Source of the DNA: Chiloscyllium plagiosum
Taxonomy: Eukaryota
NCBI RefSeq assembly: GCF_004010195.1
Contig: NC_057718.1
Span: 84,381,586-84,445,585, forward strand
Direction of reading: 5' to 3'
Length of the DNA: 64,000 nucleotides
Of the stretch, positions 49,910-62,574 are shown piece by piece. The notes beneath the pieces are model-generated. The model had not been told where the DNA came from. It saw only the letters and a program-made list of their open reading frames with translations, and did no database searches. A program made the position numbers and the translations under genes. Positions within the stretch are counted from its first letter, which is position 1. Each line of letters opens with the position of its first letter.

Positions 49910-51800
49910 TCAACCTCCTGTACACTGGAGCTACAATTCAGGTTCACATCCCCTTGTAGAATTAGTTTAAACCCTCCCAAAGAAGATTAGCACCCCCCCC
50001 CACCTCTTTCCCCCAAGGATAGTGGTACTCCTCTGGTTCATCTGTACACCACCCTTTGGTTCAGGTGCAGACCATTCCATTTGTAGAGGTCCCATCTACC
50101 CCAGAATGACCCCCAATTAACCACGTATCTGAATCCCTCCCTCCTGTACCATCCCTGTAGTAGTTGAACATGTAGCTCTCTGTCCCTATTCCTTGCCTTG
50201 CTAGCACATGGCATGGGTAGCAAACCAGCGATAACAACTCTATTCTACCTCTAAGCTTCTACCCTAGCTCCTTGAATTTCTGCCTTACATCCCCATCCCT
50301 TTTCCTACCTATGTCATTGGTTCTTATGTGGACGATGACTTGGGGCTTTTCCCCCTCCCCCTTATGGATCTTGGAAAAGACAGTATTGTTGAGGAGAATA
50401 CTGAGATACAGGCTATTAGACGAGACAGGATTGAGGCTCACAAGGAGGAGGTGTTAGCAATTCTGGAAAGTGCAAAAATAGGTAAGTCCTGCTGGGCCGG
50501 ATGGCATTTATCCTAGGATTCTCTGGGAATCTAGGGGGGAGATTGCAGAGCCTTTGGCTTTGATCTTTGTCATCATTGTCTACAGGAATAGTGCCAGAAG
50601 ACTGGAGGATAGCAAATGTCCCTTGTTCAAGAAGGGGAGTAGAGACAACCCTGTTAATTATAGACTAGTGAGCCTTACTTCGCTTGTGGGTACAGTGTTG
50701 AAACAGACTACAAGATATAAGATTTCTAATCGTCTAGAAAGGAATAAGTTGATTAGCGATAGTCAACACGGTTTTGTGAAGCACGACTTACCCTTCACAA
50801 ACCTTGAGTTCTTTGAGAAGGTGGGCAAACAGGTGGATAAGGCTAAAGCAGTTGATGTGCATACGGGTTTCAGTGAAGCATTTGATAAGGTTCCGCATGG
50901 TTGGCTATTGCAGACAATAGAGGCATGGGATTGAGGGTGATTTAGCGGTTTGGATCAGAAATTGGCTAGTTGTAAGAAGACAGAGTGGTGGTTGATGGGA
51001 AATGTTCATCCTGGAAGGATGGTTTAGTAAATTTGCGGATGACACAAAGGTTGGTGGAGTTACGCACAGTGCGGAACGATGTTGCAGGTTACAGAGGGAC
51101 ATAGATAAGTTGCAAAGATGACTGAGAGGTGAGAAATGGAGTTTAACATGGAAAGATGTGAGGTGATTTACTTTGGAAGGAGTTACAGGAATACCGAGTA
51201 GTGGGCTGCTGGTAAGATTCTTGGTAGTGTGGATGAGCAGAGACATCTTGATGTCCATGTGCGTAGATCCCTGAAAGTTGCCACCCAGGTTGATAGGGTT
51301 GTTAAGAAGGCATATGGTGTGTTACCTTTTATTGGTAAAGGGATTGAGTTTCGGAGTCATGAGGTCATGTTTCAGCTCTACAAAACTTGTGCGGCCGCAT
51401 TTGGAATATTGTGTTCAGTTCTGGTCGTGACATTATAGGAAGGATGTGGAAGCATTGGAAAGGAGGGTGCAGAGGAAATTTACCAGGATGTTGCCTTGTG
51501 TGGAGGGAACATTTTGTGAGGAAAGGCTGAGGGACTGGTGGCTGTTTTCATTAGAGAGAAGGAGGTTGAGAGATGCCTTAGAGACATACAAAATGATCAG
51601 AGGATTAGATAGGATGGATAGTGAGAGCCTTTTTCCTCTGATGATGGCTAACAGGAGGGGACATAGTTTTAAGTTGAGGTTTGGTAGATCTGGGATAGAT
51701 GTGAGAGGTAGTCCCTTTACTCAGAGTACTAAGGGTGTGGAATGCCCTGTCTGCAACAGTAGTAGACTTGCCAACTTTAAGGACATTTACATGGTCATTG
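49910..51800. mobile_element. CR1 LINE pieces: ORF1 esterase fragment (minus, to about 50340) fused to an ORF2 3' half (plus)
   Basis: Minus: WGSFWGRWDLYKWNGLHLN. Plus: NYRLVSLTS, AFDKVPHG, KFADDTK. Confidence 0.85.
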
Positions 51801-52049
51801 TCCTTTCATCTTAAAGATGACCACTGTTTTGTAAATGTCGCAGTACTAAGTGTTGCTGCACCGTGTGTCAGTTTGATTTTCAAATTCCTGAATTGGAACT
51901 CATTCAAGAAGTGATTTGTGATGCCTACTGAACCACAGTTAAATTACTAAGCATCAATTAACAATTAAAACACTTAAGTCTTATTACTTGAGACTTGTTT
52001 AAAGTTACTTCTGACTGCATGAGTGCTTCAAATTAGAGAAATAACACTG

Positions 52050-52212
52050 GTTAGATTAGATTAGATTACTTAGTGTGGAAGCAGGCCCTTCGGCCCAACA
52101 AGTCCACACCGACCCTCCGAAGAGCAATCCACCCAGACCCATTCTCCTACAGTTACCCCTTCACCTAACACTATGGGCAATTTAGCATGGCCAATTCACC
52201 TAACTTGCACAT
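52050..52212 (-). mobile_element. HE1-like SINE 3' fragment
   Basis: (TTAGA)n tail and SINE 3' body. Confidence 0.85.
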
Positions 52213-52316
52213 TGTGAATATTTTGATTTGATGCAATGACCCATGCAGGGGTAAAGTATTAAAATAGAATTGTCTTGAAGATAATTTATTTACAGTAACA
52301 AACATTCCCCTTTTAG

Positions 52317-52483
52317 GATCGCGATAGAGATCGGGATCGCGATAGAGACAGGGACCGAGATCATGATCGACCGAGAAGTCAACATAAGACTGCCCCATCG
52401 CCTGTGGTTCATGTCCGTGCTTTGTGTGACTCTGTGATCGAAGCTGACCTGGTGAAAGGCGTTGATCGATTTGGGCTCATAAG
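52317..52483 (+). CDS. HNRNPLL: hnRNP L-like protein, coding exon 2 (DR repeat plus start of RRM1); missed by the ORF track
   Basis: Acceptor TTCCCCTTTTAG; encodes DRDRDRDRDRDRDRDHDRPRSQHKTAPSPVVHVRALCDSVIEADLVKGVDRFGLI; donor AG|GTAAGT; 167 nt. Confidence 0.93.
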
Positions 52484-52899
52484 GTAAGTGACTCACCTAA
52501 TTAGCCAAGGGTAGTTGGTTAGAATTCTCACTGACCTTCATGCACCTCTTCTGTTTCCAAAGTGAACTATGTTGTATAAAAGTATTGTGGATCAGGTTGC
52601 GTGGATTCCTCTTTCAGTGTAAGATGAGAAGACAAAGAATGAATTGGTGGAAGTGGGAGGAGTGAATTCTCCAAGAGTTTTGGGAGGGGTTACTAAAGAC
52701 ACTTTGTAGTATAGATGTATGTTGCGCTTACACATTCACTAATTTTGCGTAAATGCGCTTCATCACCATATTGTATTTCAAATTCTCAAGATGAAATATC
52801 TGGCAACAGCAGCTGATTTTTCTCAGCCGTTAGGATTAGGGTTGAAGTTATTTAATTGATGTTCAAGGTCAATATTGTGCATGAGGTTCAAACGCTTTG

Positions 52900-55800
52900 A
52901 TTTTACTTTTCTTTTAAAAATATATAATTTGAAAAATAAATTTCTGATATTACAAATACAAATACAAACAATACAATTCAAAACAGTACAAAGAAAGAAC
53001 AAGAGAAACCAGACTGCACTCATGTACAAGTGTATAAATCTGTATATAAAAAAACCTAAATACTTTAATAAACAATAACTAACTAGTAAATCATAATAAT
53101 ACAGCTCAGTGAGACAAAACACTAGCCCTCGACTCTTGAGAACATTAATTTCCACATTCATACATTCGCAGTTCCCTCTCTCTAGGTGTTAGACTCTTAA
53201 AACACAACTGGTTTGGCTATATAAAAACCCTTATTAGTGTGGCAGACATCTATGTCCAGGTAGTCCGTAAAGGGCTGCCATGTCTTATTAAAATTTCTGT
53301 TTTATGGTGCACCATACTTATAACAATATCCAAAGGGATATGTGCCATAAGAATCTTATGCCAACCCTACAAACTCTGATGATTTTCAGATACTCAACCT
53401 AACAGAATATTCTTCCTTGTGCAAAAAATAAGGATGTTGAAAAGTTTTTTTTTCTGATGCGCATCTGCAGGCAATACACTGGGAAGGCCAAGAAGAGGAG
53501 AAATCTGGTCCATCTCCACCCTTGTCCCCAAGATCCTCTTTATTGTACCTGCCACAACGTTCCAGTATGTTCAGAGCCTGCAGCAGGACCAGAGAGGCAC
53601 TGAGTCAGAGTGCTTTGCACTTGAGACATGTTGAAGACCCTGTGGGGAATCTTCAACTGTAAATTGCAAATCAAGATCTTTCTCGCGTTTTCCCAACAGG
53701 TGATAAAGCGTGCTGACAGAAAATGTGTTCTTAGCACTGAGCGCCGTCTTCTCTATGTTGGAACTGTGGGAATTGGTTAAATGTTCCTTCCCTTTTTGAA
53801 CAAAGTCCCTAATTTGAAAAAAAATGAAAACGGGTCCCTGCTATGTAGCTCATATTTCCGAGCTGACTTGTCAAAACACATCATTGTTTCCCCCTCAAAT
53901 AAATCACTCATGCAGGAGACACCCATAGGAGAAAGTGAGGACTGCAGGTGCTGGAGATCAGAGTTGAAAGTCTGGTGCTGGAAAAGTGCAGCATCCGAGG
54001 AGCAGGAGAACAGACATTTTGGGCATCGATTTCTCCTGCTCCCCTGATGCTGCCTGACCTGCTGTACTTTTCTAGCACTCAGTCACACCCCTAGCTGCCC
54101 AAAGCTTAAATCCTGAGTCCATCATCCCCAGTTGAAAACCCAGCAGACCAACTGTGTAGGTGTTTTTTAAAAAAAAAATGTTTTGGCAATATATTGCCTT
54201 CACTCAGCCACACTGCCTTCCATGCTTTAACAGTATTGATAATTCATTAGTCTGTCCAGGCAATATTTCATAACTGTCCTCATTTTGTCCAGAAACAGCA
54301 AACTAGCAAGGGGGCACCTTGCCTGAGAAGTCTCCATATCTAACCCACAAGCCTAGTCACACTCATAAGATAAAAACGAGCTTAGTTGATTTTAATGTCT
54401 GGGAGAATCACTCCCCCAGTCCATGAGGCAATTGCAATTTAGCCAACTTAATAATGGGATACTTACGATGCCACATAGAAGAGCTGAATCAGCTGTTCAG
54501 TCTCCTGAATGTTTGCCAAGTGAAAATCGAGGGGACCATTCGCATAGGTTACAATAGAGGGGTGGGGTGGGGGCAAGAACATTTATTTTAATGAGGGCTA
54601 TCTGACCTAACCAAGAAACCAGAAATGCCTCTTTGAAGGTCTTGTTTGATCTTTGTCAAATAAATGCACAAAAATTAGCTTTAAACAGCCAATCGAAAAC
54701 GAGAGTAATGAATATACCCAAATCCAGAAAACCTCCCTGTGACCACTTAAAAGGGAATCGAGATTTGCCATCAAAACCTAGCATTTTTGTAAGACCACCT
54801 ATAGGCATAGCGTATGACTTTGCAAAATTGATCTTGCAACCCAAAACAGTGCCAAACAAATTGATACATTGTATCAGGCGAGGCACTGAAACTGCTGGGT
54901 TTGACAAAAAGATGAGGACGTTGCTCACATACAACGAAATCTTGTGTGCTTTTGACCCCACTTCTGGAGCCTATATATTAGGGTCCCTATGAATAGCCTT
55001 CGACAACTGTTCAGTCACCAATGTAAAAAGCAATGGCGATGAGGGACAGCCCTATCGACTGCCCCTAAAGATATTAAAATTGCATGATCGCACACCATTG
55101 GTGAGAACTGCAACGAGAGGGTCACCATAGAGCACCTTTACCCATCTTGTAAAGGCTTTACCCAAGCCAAACCTTTCTAGAGTATAAAAAAGGTACAGCC
55201 ACTCAACCCGGTCAAATGCCTTCTCTGCATCTAGAGAGATCACCAATCCCTGTACAGACTGTTGTTAACACGCTTGAATTACATTAAATAACCTGATATT
55301 ATTGGAAGATCTGCGGCCTTCTATAAAGGCCATCTGGTCCTCTTTAATAATAGAAAGCAACACAGTTTCCAGCCTTTCCGCAAGAGTCTTAGAAATGATT
55401 TTAAAATCAACATTTAAAAGTGAAATGGGCCTATAAGTGGTACCGTCCTCCGAGCTTACCCTTTTCTTAAGAATAAGAGAGCTATTGGCCTCTCTTAGAT
55501 GGTGGGAGGCGATCATGACTGTATGAGTCATTGAACATGTTGAGCATTGGGCCTGAAAATATGCTTATATGTTATAAAATTCACTGGGAAGTCCATCAGG
55601 ACCAAGCGCCTTTCCACTCTGAAGCTGCTTCACATCCTCCTGCTCTGATAAGGGGGCATTAACAAAAAACTCTCTTGTCCGGGAGTTATACCTGGAAGCT
55701 CCAGATTCTTGAAAAAAAGGCTCCATCCTAGCCTGCCCATCCTCTCTACTTTCAGACTGGTATAATTCAGTAAAATCTCTGAAATGCTACATTAATCTTT

Positions 55801-58800
55801 CTAGAATCACAGGTTAGGTTTCCAGCACCTTCCCTGATTGATGTAATGGATTGAGGGGCACTCTTTTCTTTTCCTGGCAAGATACGCTAAGTACTTGCCC
55901 AGTTTGTCACCATGCTCAAACAGCCTTTGTTTTGCAAAAGTAAGCTCCTTCTTTGCTGTCTGCTTGAGCATGGAGTTCAATGCAGACCAAAGAGCTGTGA
56001 TCCTGTTACTTAGTCAACGAGGCCCTGTCGAAGTACCACTTCTTGGCTGCCTTCAACCATGCTTCAAGCAGATGATGCTGCTCCCCCTTCTGCTGCTTCC
56101 TACCGGCGGAGTAGGAAATAACTAACTCTCTGGCATAAGTTTTAGTTGCCTAAAGAACGGACAGGCTACCAGCCAAACCTGAATTGATGTATAGGAACGC
56201 CCTGAATTCAGTAGAGAAAAACTCCACGAACTTACTATCCTTCAGGATAAAAGGATCCATTCGACAGTCTCTTGAGACCCACTACAGCTTCCGTAATCTT
56301 AACCAAAAAGTACACTGGAGCCTGATCAGAGATGGCAATATTACCAATCGTACAAGAGATCGCCAAGTCCAGGATTGCCTTGGGGCAGTCAAAAAAAAAT
56401 AATCCTGATGTGGCACCTGTGCAGATTGGGGGAAAAACAATGTAAAATCCCTGCTGTAGGGTGGGCACTCCTCCAGATGTCCACCCACCCTCACTCCACA
56501 CACACACACATCCACTAATTGCTTGGTTTGTAAAGAAGGTATCGGGGGGGGCTTTGGACAATCTGTCTACTGCAGGATCCATAAGACAATTAAAACTTCC
56601 CCCTATGATATGCTGCGATTCAAGACTAATCAATTTAGAGAACGCATTTACCAGAAATTTGAGGGATGGGCCAGGGGATAGTAGACATTTAAAATACTAT
56701 ATTCTTTACTATTTATCAAAGCTTTAAGGATTACAAACTTCCCATGTGTGTCTTTAACACACACCCTAGTAACTTAAAGGGAGATTCCTCCTAACCAATA
56801 TGGCCATTCCCTAACTCTGAGTATTAAAAGATGAAAAGTAAACCCGATCAAATCCATTCTGCTGCAATTTCAAATGTTCCCTCTTACTCAAGTGCTTCTC
56901 CTGTGACAAAGCAATATCCACCTTTTTCCTTTCTAAGACTTGAGAGTACCTTCTTCCTCTTAATTGGCGAGTGACTCCCTTTGATAGTCCAGGTGCACCA
57001 TTTAAACAAGTCATTAGCCATAATGTTCGGCAGTAATATTTAGACTCCAGAGAGGAAGAACTTGAATTAGAAGTTGCTGAGCCTTAATAAAAGAAAATCC
57101 ACAGAACCTTAAAAACTACACAAACTAAAACCACTACAATTAACAAACCTAGTCGAGAGTGTAGTGCTGGAAAAGCACAGCAGATCAGGTAGCATCCGAG
57201 GAGCAGGAGAATTGATGTTTCGAAGGGCTTAAGTCCTCCTCGGGTGCTGCATGACCTGCTGCGCTTTTCTAGCAATACACCCTCAACTCTGATCTCCAGC
57301 ATCTACAGCAACCAAGGCATTTAAATACCTGAACTGGCTTAAAGTGGCAGTAAGTAGGCATCTTGCCATCCCAATTATTTTGTCGTCTCCTAGCTAGAGC
57401 CGCACCATAAACACAAGCGGCAATAAAAAAGAAAGTATAAGAAAGAATAATATTGTAAACAAAAAAGTTAAAAGTGAATAGTAAGTACCCCACCCATCCC
57501 CTGGTATAGCTTAACTTAGAAGTTAAAAGTAAATTCCCCATTCATCCCAGAGCATAATTGAACCCAGATTATTTCCAAAAAGAAAGAGGAAAAGAAAACC
57601 CCAACACTCTTTCCTTTTTTCAAAAAAAAAGACTTCCAAACAATGCTATTACCTGTACATATTAAATGATTCAGACTAAGTTAGCTTGTCCAGAGTCTCT
57701 TGCTTTCCCTGAGTCAAAGAAGTGTATGAATCCATTAAAGGTAATCTGAAGCACTGCCAGGTATCTTAGAGAGTACTAGATCCTGAGTTCCCTCAGTCTT
57801 TTCTTAATGCCATTGTAGGATTTCCTTTTCCGGATCACCGCCATTGGGAAGTCCTGGAAAAGCATGATCCTAGGGCCCTCATAAACTAAGGCCTTTGATC
57901 CTTCCCCTGGATTCTGGAAGGTTCCATGATTCTCTGCTTGTCTCTATAATTATGGAACCGCACCAGGATAGGGCAAGGACGTTGGTCCAGACCTGACCTT
58001 CATGCCGTGACTCGGTGAGCCCTCTTAACCTTCAGACTTGACCATTCCAGACTCCAAGTTAAGGGATTTTGGTAGCCAATCCTCAATAAATTCCACTATT
58101 GCTCTCCTTCCTACCCCTCTGGCCGACCAATGGTCTGAATATTTTTCTTCCTGTCCCTGTTTAGATTAGATTATTTACAGTGTGGAAACAGGCCCTTCGG
58201 CCCAACATGTCCACACCGACCCGCCGAAGCGCAACCCACCCATACCCCTGCATTTACCCCTTACCTAACACTACGAGCAAGTTAGCATGGCCAATTCACC
58301 TGAGCTGCACATCTTTGGACTGTGGGAGGAAACCGGAGCACCCGGAGGAAACCCACGCAGACACAGGGAGAACGTGCAAACTCCACACAGGCAGTTGCCT
58401 GAGACGGGAATTGAACCTGGGTCTCTGGCGCTGTGGGGCAGCAGTGCTAACCACTGTACCACCGTGCCGCACACCGTGTTCTCGATCATCAAACTGGTCA
58501 AGCAAATTACAGACTCACATCTCCGGGCCTGGATCCTATCCTTAAAGGAATCAGTCTCCGCTTCCACCACTGTGACCCTGTGTTGTACTTTGTCCGACCT
58601 TATCTCAAGGTCTCCTAGCTACTGTTTGTGCTTTTGCAGCATAATAGAGATCGAGGCCAGTTTCTTTTCAGTTTGCTTACCCAGCACCGATATCGGGGCC
58701 TGGTAAGAAATGAAGTCCGGGGATCCTGTAAGTTGGGCTGCGTCCCTGGCCGCGGGCGAGTCTGCTCCCTTCTTAGGCATCCCGGGACGGGTAACTGCCT

Positions 58801-58940
58801 TCTTAGAACTTTTTAGGACTTTGCAACTTTTTCAGAGTCATAGAGTACTGGGTAGGGTGGGTTAGGGCTTTGTCCTGCCTGCGATGTGGTGCAGAGCTCT
58901 GCAAAGTGATGATCTTAGATCGCTGCCATTTTGGATCCCC
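52900..58940 (-). mobile_element. Near full-length decayed L1-clade LINE with nested short elements
   Basis: 5' end GGGGATCCAAAATGGCAG; ORF1 remnants 57680-58790; APE KVDIALSQEKHL; RT YRPISLLNVDFKI and ISLDAEKAFDRVEW. Confidence 0.85.
58160..58470 (-). mobile_element. HE1-like SINE inserted in L1 ORF1
   Basis: Complete SINE in reverse orientation. Confidence 0.88.
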
Positions 58941-61900
58941 TCCACTTTTACTTGTAAGTTTATACAAATCTTGAAACACAGTAAGAATTTAAAACTGACA
59001 ACATTAGTGTATACCCCTCAGAAGCTGTGATGTGCCTTCTCAGTATTAGTCAGACGAGCAATGATAATGAACAAAACAATTGTTGAAATTTGGTTTAATG
59101 CACTGCATGTGAGAGCAAAGTAGTGTACTTTATGAATAACCTGTAATTCCGAAATGACTGAGATAAGTATCTTAGACTTGATGCTAAATGTATCTAGCGC
59201 AATAATCAATAAAGACAATAAGGCATTAAACTCCATGGCCCATTATAAAAGTTGATAATCCAAATTTGATCATTCTGCTCAGATGCTACCTGGAGTAAAG
59301 TTCCATTTTGAAATCAAGAAACAAGGGGTTTTGAAAAACTGGATGTGGTCCTGCAAAGAATTACAAAGCTGCTTTCTGATCTTATGAGGCTGGACTTGGA
59401 AAAAACTGGTCGAGAAATTCGATTGTGGTCAAATCCGTATATGATTGCAATGTAGTTCCCACTGTGAGGCCCACTGCGGATCATTTCAAAGTGGCCCTCT
59501 GTCTTCTTTTTATTTATGGCGCATCTTGTGTTCAGTTACAAAGGAATTTGCAAAACAAGTCCTGAAATAGATGTTAGGCTCTCCACTTGAAGAGGAGGTG
59601 GGGATAGGACAAGAAATTGTGGTCCTCCAGCTATCTTACATCTAGGCAAAGTGGAGAAATCTTTGGGGTGGGGCGGAATGAATGACTTTACACTGAACAT
59701 GAATAAAGTGTGATTTTGGAAGGGGTGGGGAAGATGTGTGGAGGTTGCTTTGGAAGGCAGATGTCTGATGGGACAGAAAAGATGAACACTTTGTGTGTAG
59801 GAGGAGGAACTTCACTGTTTTCTGTCTTCAGGAGACGCAACCCACGCGAATGACTAAATAAGGGATTTGCAAAGCATTTTAAAACATTTTCATATTGATA
59901 TGATTGTGTGTTAATCTATAGCACATGAAATTTCAACCAAATGTCACTGTAGTTTTGTTGGCATTGTGGTTTCATTGATTTCCAATTTGTGGATGTCACT
60001 GACAAGACCGGTTTTTGCCCATTATGTTTGCCTTTGGAACTCACCACCAGTCTTTCATAGGGATCACATTGGATTTCAGTATAGATTGCAGCCTGTGCAG
60101 TAATTTGCTCCTACAAGGTCACATTCTTTTGTTAGCAAAGACTTTGTCCTGTATAACATGCTACAACTGCAGTAAATGCTCTGGTCACTTTTGGTGATTT
60201 GATACCTTTGAAACTAGAGACCAACAGTAATAAATTTCAGAAGATTGCTTTGTCCCAATCTGACAAGAACATTTTACCCACCTGAATAATTTGTGACATG
60301 TCCATCAGTTTAATAGTGTCATAGCAAAGAGTGAGGAACCATAAAAATATAACTGAACTGCCAAGTTCCCTCATTTTCCCAACTGTCCATTATGACACTT
60401 CTGTCTATATACTGGTACTTTTGCCCATCTGATTAATTATTTCAAACATCTAAGATTTAGTTCTTCCTATTGTGTTTAAGATCAAGATCTAATTTAAATT
60501 TCGGCCCCAGATTTTTAAATTTGTCTCAACTGTTCGAATTCTTTTTATTTGTAAACCTGTGTTATTTACAATTAATTTGTTCTTTAATGTGTTGAGGTGA
60601 GGTAGTCTTGTGGTGCAGTGGATAATGTATCTACCCTTTGAACCAGAAGCTCTTGGCTTGAGTCGTATTCCTGGGACTGATGGCCACAGGGAAGGTGTGT
60701 TCATAAATTAATCAAACAAGTTGATCATCCACTGTAAAGCTTTTATGGCAGGTAGGGGAGTTTGTTTGATTTGGAATGGTTTCGTCAAGCTCTACAGCCT
60801 GTAGACATAACTGTATACTTTGTGTCATGCACTGCTGGACAAGCAAAAGCTTCCAAGTCAAATTACTGTTTAATCTGCAGGCTGGATAACTTCCTAAATT
60901 GGTCATTGATTAAATACAGCATTTTACTTTTGTTAACTATTTCTTTACGTTTGTCCAAATAATTTTTGAAGAATTGGCACCTGGGTCTAGACTTATACAA
61001 GTCATTTTCCTACAATGGTCTTTTTGTTAGCACAAATTCGATATATCAGGATTGGGGACACTGTTTCTAAAGCATGAACTTGTAAAACATGTGTTGACTG
61101 TCATACAACTACATTGCCAACATTTTAAAGTGCTCTTTCTAAAGCACGATTTTTCTATAATGCAGGGTTGCACAATAATGCAACCATCTAGTTATAGAAG
61201 AACTACCTGTATCTTAAAGGTTACCCTATTAACCCAGCAACCTAATTCACAAATCATTAGATGGTTATGGCCTATTGTGTCTGTGCCAGCTCTCTTCTAA
61301 AGAAAGTAAACCAGTCCCACTCTGCTATATTTCCATTGTAGCCCTGCAAATGTTCTCTCTTTCAGAAATGAATCATTTCCCATTTGGGAAAAAATTCTCA
61401 ATTTAATCTGTTACGAACAGTTTTGGGTAACTCACTGCAGAATCTAGCCTCTTGCTGTTTTTGTTTAGATAAAGTTTTGGTCATGCTCCAGCTGGTTCTT
61501 TAGATGTTCACTTTAAATCGATATTCTGGATGTGATCCTTGTGCTGAGAGGAAACACTTTCTCCCTGTTTAATGTCTCGTCATTTTATAACTTTGAAGAG
61601 AATGATGAGAGGAGAACAAGCCTATTCCAGACTATTTTAAGATGCTAATAAAGCATAATGTTACAAACTTTTAGGAAGTCTAGTGATTTAGTGTTGGACT
61701 TGTTTGGGCATGTTTTGCTATGATATACCCTAAATACGGTTTGTCAAAGGGTGGGTAAAGGGAGACCGGAGTTAATATGCCACCCCAATTAGAGTAGGTG
61801 AAGTGATAATGTTGACTTGTGCTGTTTTTGCACTGCTGTGGAGATAGTTCAGGTGTTCGAATAAGTGTCTTTCCTCTTGTAGGCTGCTTGGGCTACAGCA

Positions 61901-61949
61901 GTGTTTTAGTCCTAAGAGCAATTCTTCATAGCTGGACTTTTCATTACAG

Positions 61950-62187
61950 CTACGTGATGATGTTACCAAACAAACGACAAGCTCTGGTGGAATTTCAAGA
62001 TTTGCGAAGTGCCCAGAAGTGTGTTGCTTATGCTAAACGGCGGATTGTCAATATTGCTGGACATCCTGCTTTCTTTAACTTCTCCACAAGTCAACGGATC
62101 ACCCGTCCTGGGGGTCCTGAAGATCCAAAGCATGTCAACAATGTTCTCTTCTTATCTATTCAGAATCCGCTATATCCAATCACAACG
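61950..62187 (+). CDS. HNRNPLL: hnRNP L-like protein, coding exon 3 (RRM1 to start of RRM2)
   Basis: Acceptor TTACAG; encodes (S)YVMMLPNKRQALVEF...AFFNFSTSQRITRPG...LSIQNPLYPITT; donor GTAGGT; 238 nt. Confidence 0.96.
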
Positions 62188-62479
62188 GTAGGTTTGTCTT
62201 AAACCCTTAACAGATAAAGTCACAATTGTTTTTAAATGATTGAAACTCCTCATATGGTAGACTGACAATTTGTAAGTCATCGTAACTTATGTCTTTTATT
62301 TAGAGCGTGTCGCCTTATGCTAAATTTTCATTGAATGAAAAATAATGACTGAATTACAGTCTGGACCAAATTCTAATGGAAGAGACAAACCTTGAAAGGT
62401 GTTGCATCTTCGTCTTATTTATTATTTTGATCTTGTGTTCAATCCTGCTGTGTCAATCCCCATGTCTTTTTTTTTCCAG

Positions 62480-62565
62480 GATGTTCTGTATACTGTCTGC
62501 AATGCATGTGGTCCAGTCCTCCGTATTGTCATCTTCAAGAAGAATGGAATACAGGCTCTGGTTGA
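62480..62565 (+). CDS. HNRNPLL: hnRNP L-like protein, coding exon 4 (RRM2)
   Basis: Acceptor T-tract-CCAG; encodes DVLYTVCNACGPVLRIVIFKKNGIQALV(E); 86 nt; followed by ATATCTTT. Confidence 0.93.
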
Positions 62566-62574
62566 ATATCTTTT
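62566..62574 (+). other. U12-type (AT-AC) 5' splice site
   Basis: ATATCTTTT starts exactly where protein homology ends; the U12 consensus is ATATCCTT. Confidence 0.8.

Noticed and set aside
49815..49910. 5' LTR of the ERV-like unit
   Set aside because: It does not align with the 45595-45700 LTR end and looks more like a DNA-transposon terminus followed by CR1, so the 5' LTR appears lost.
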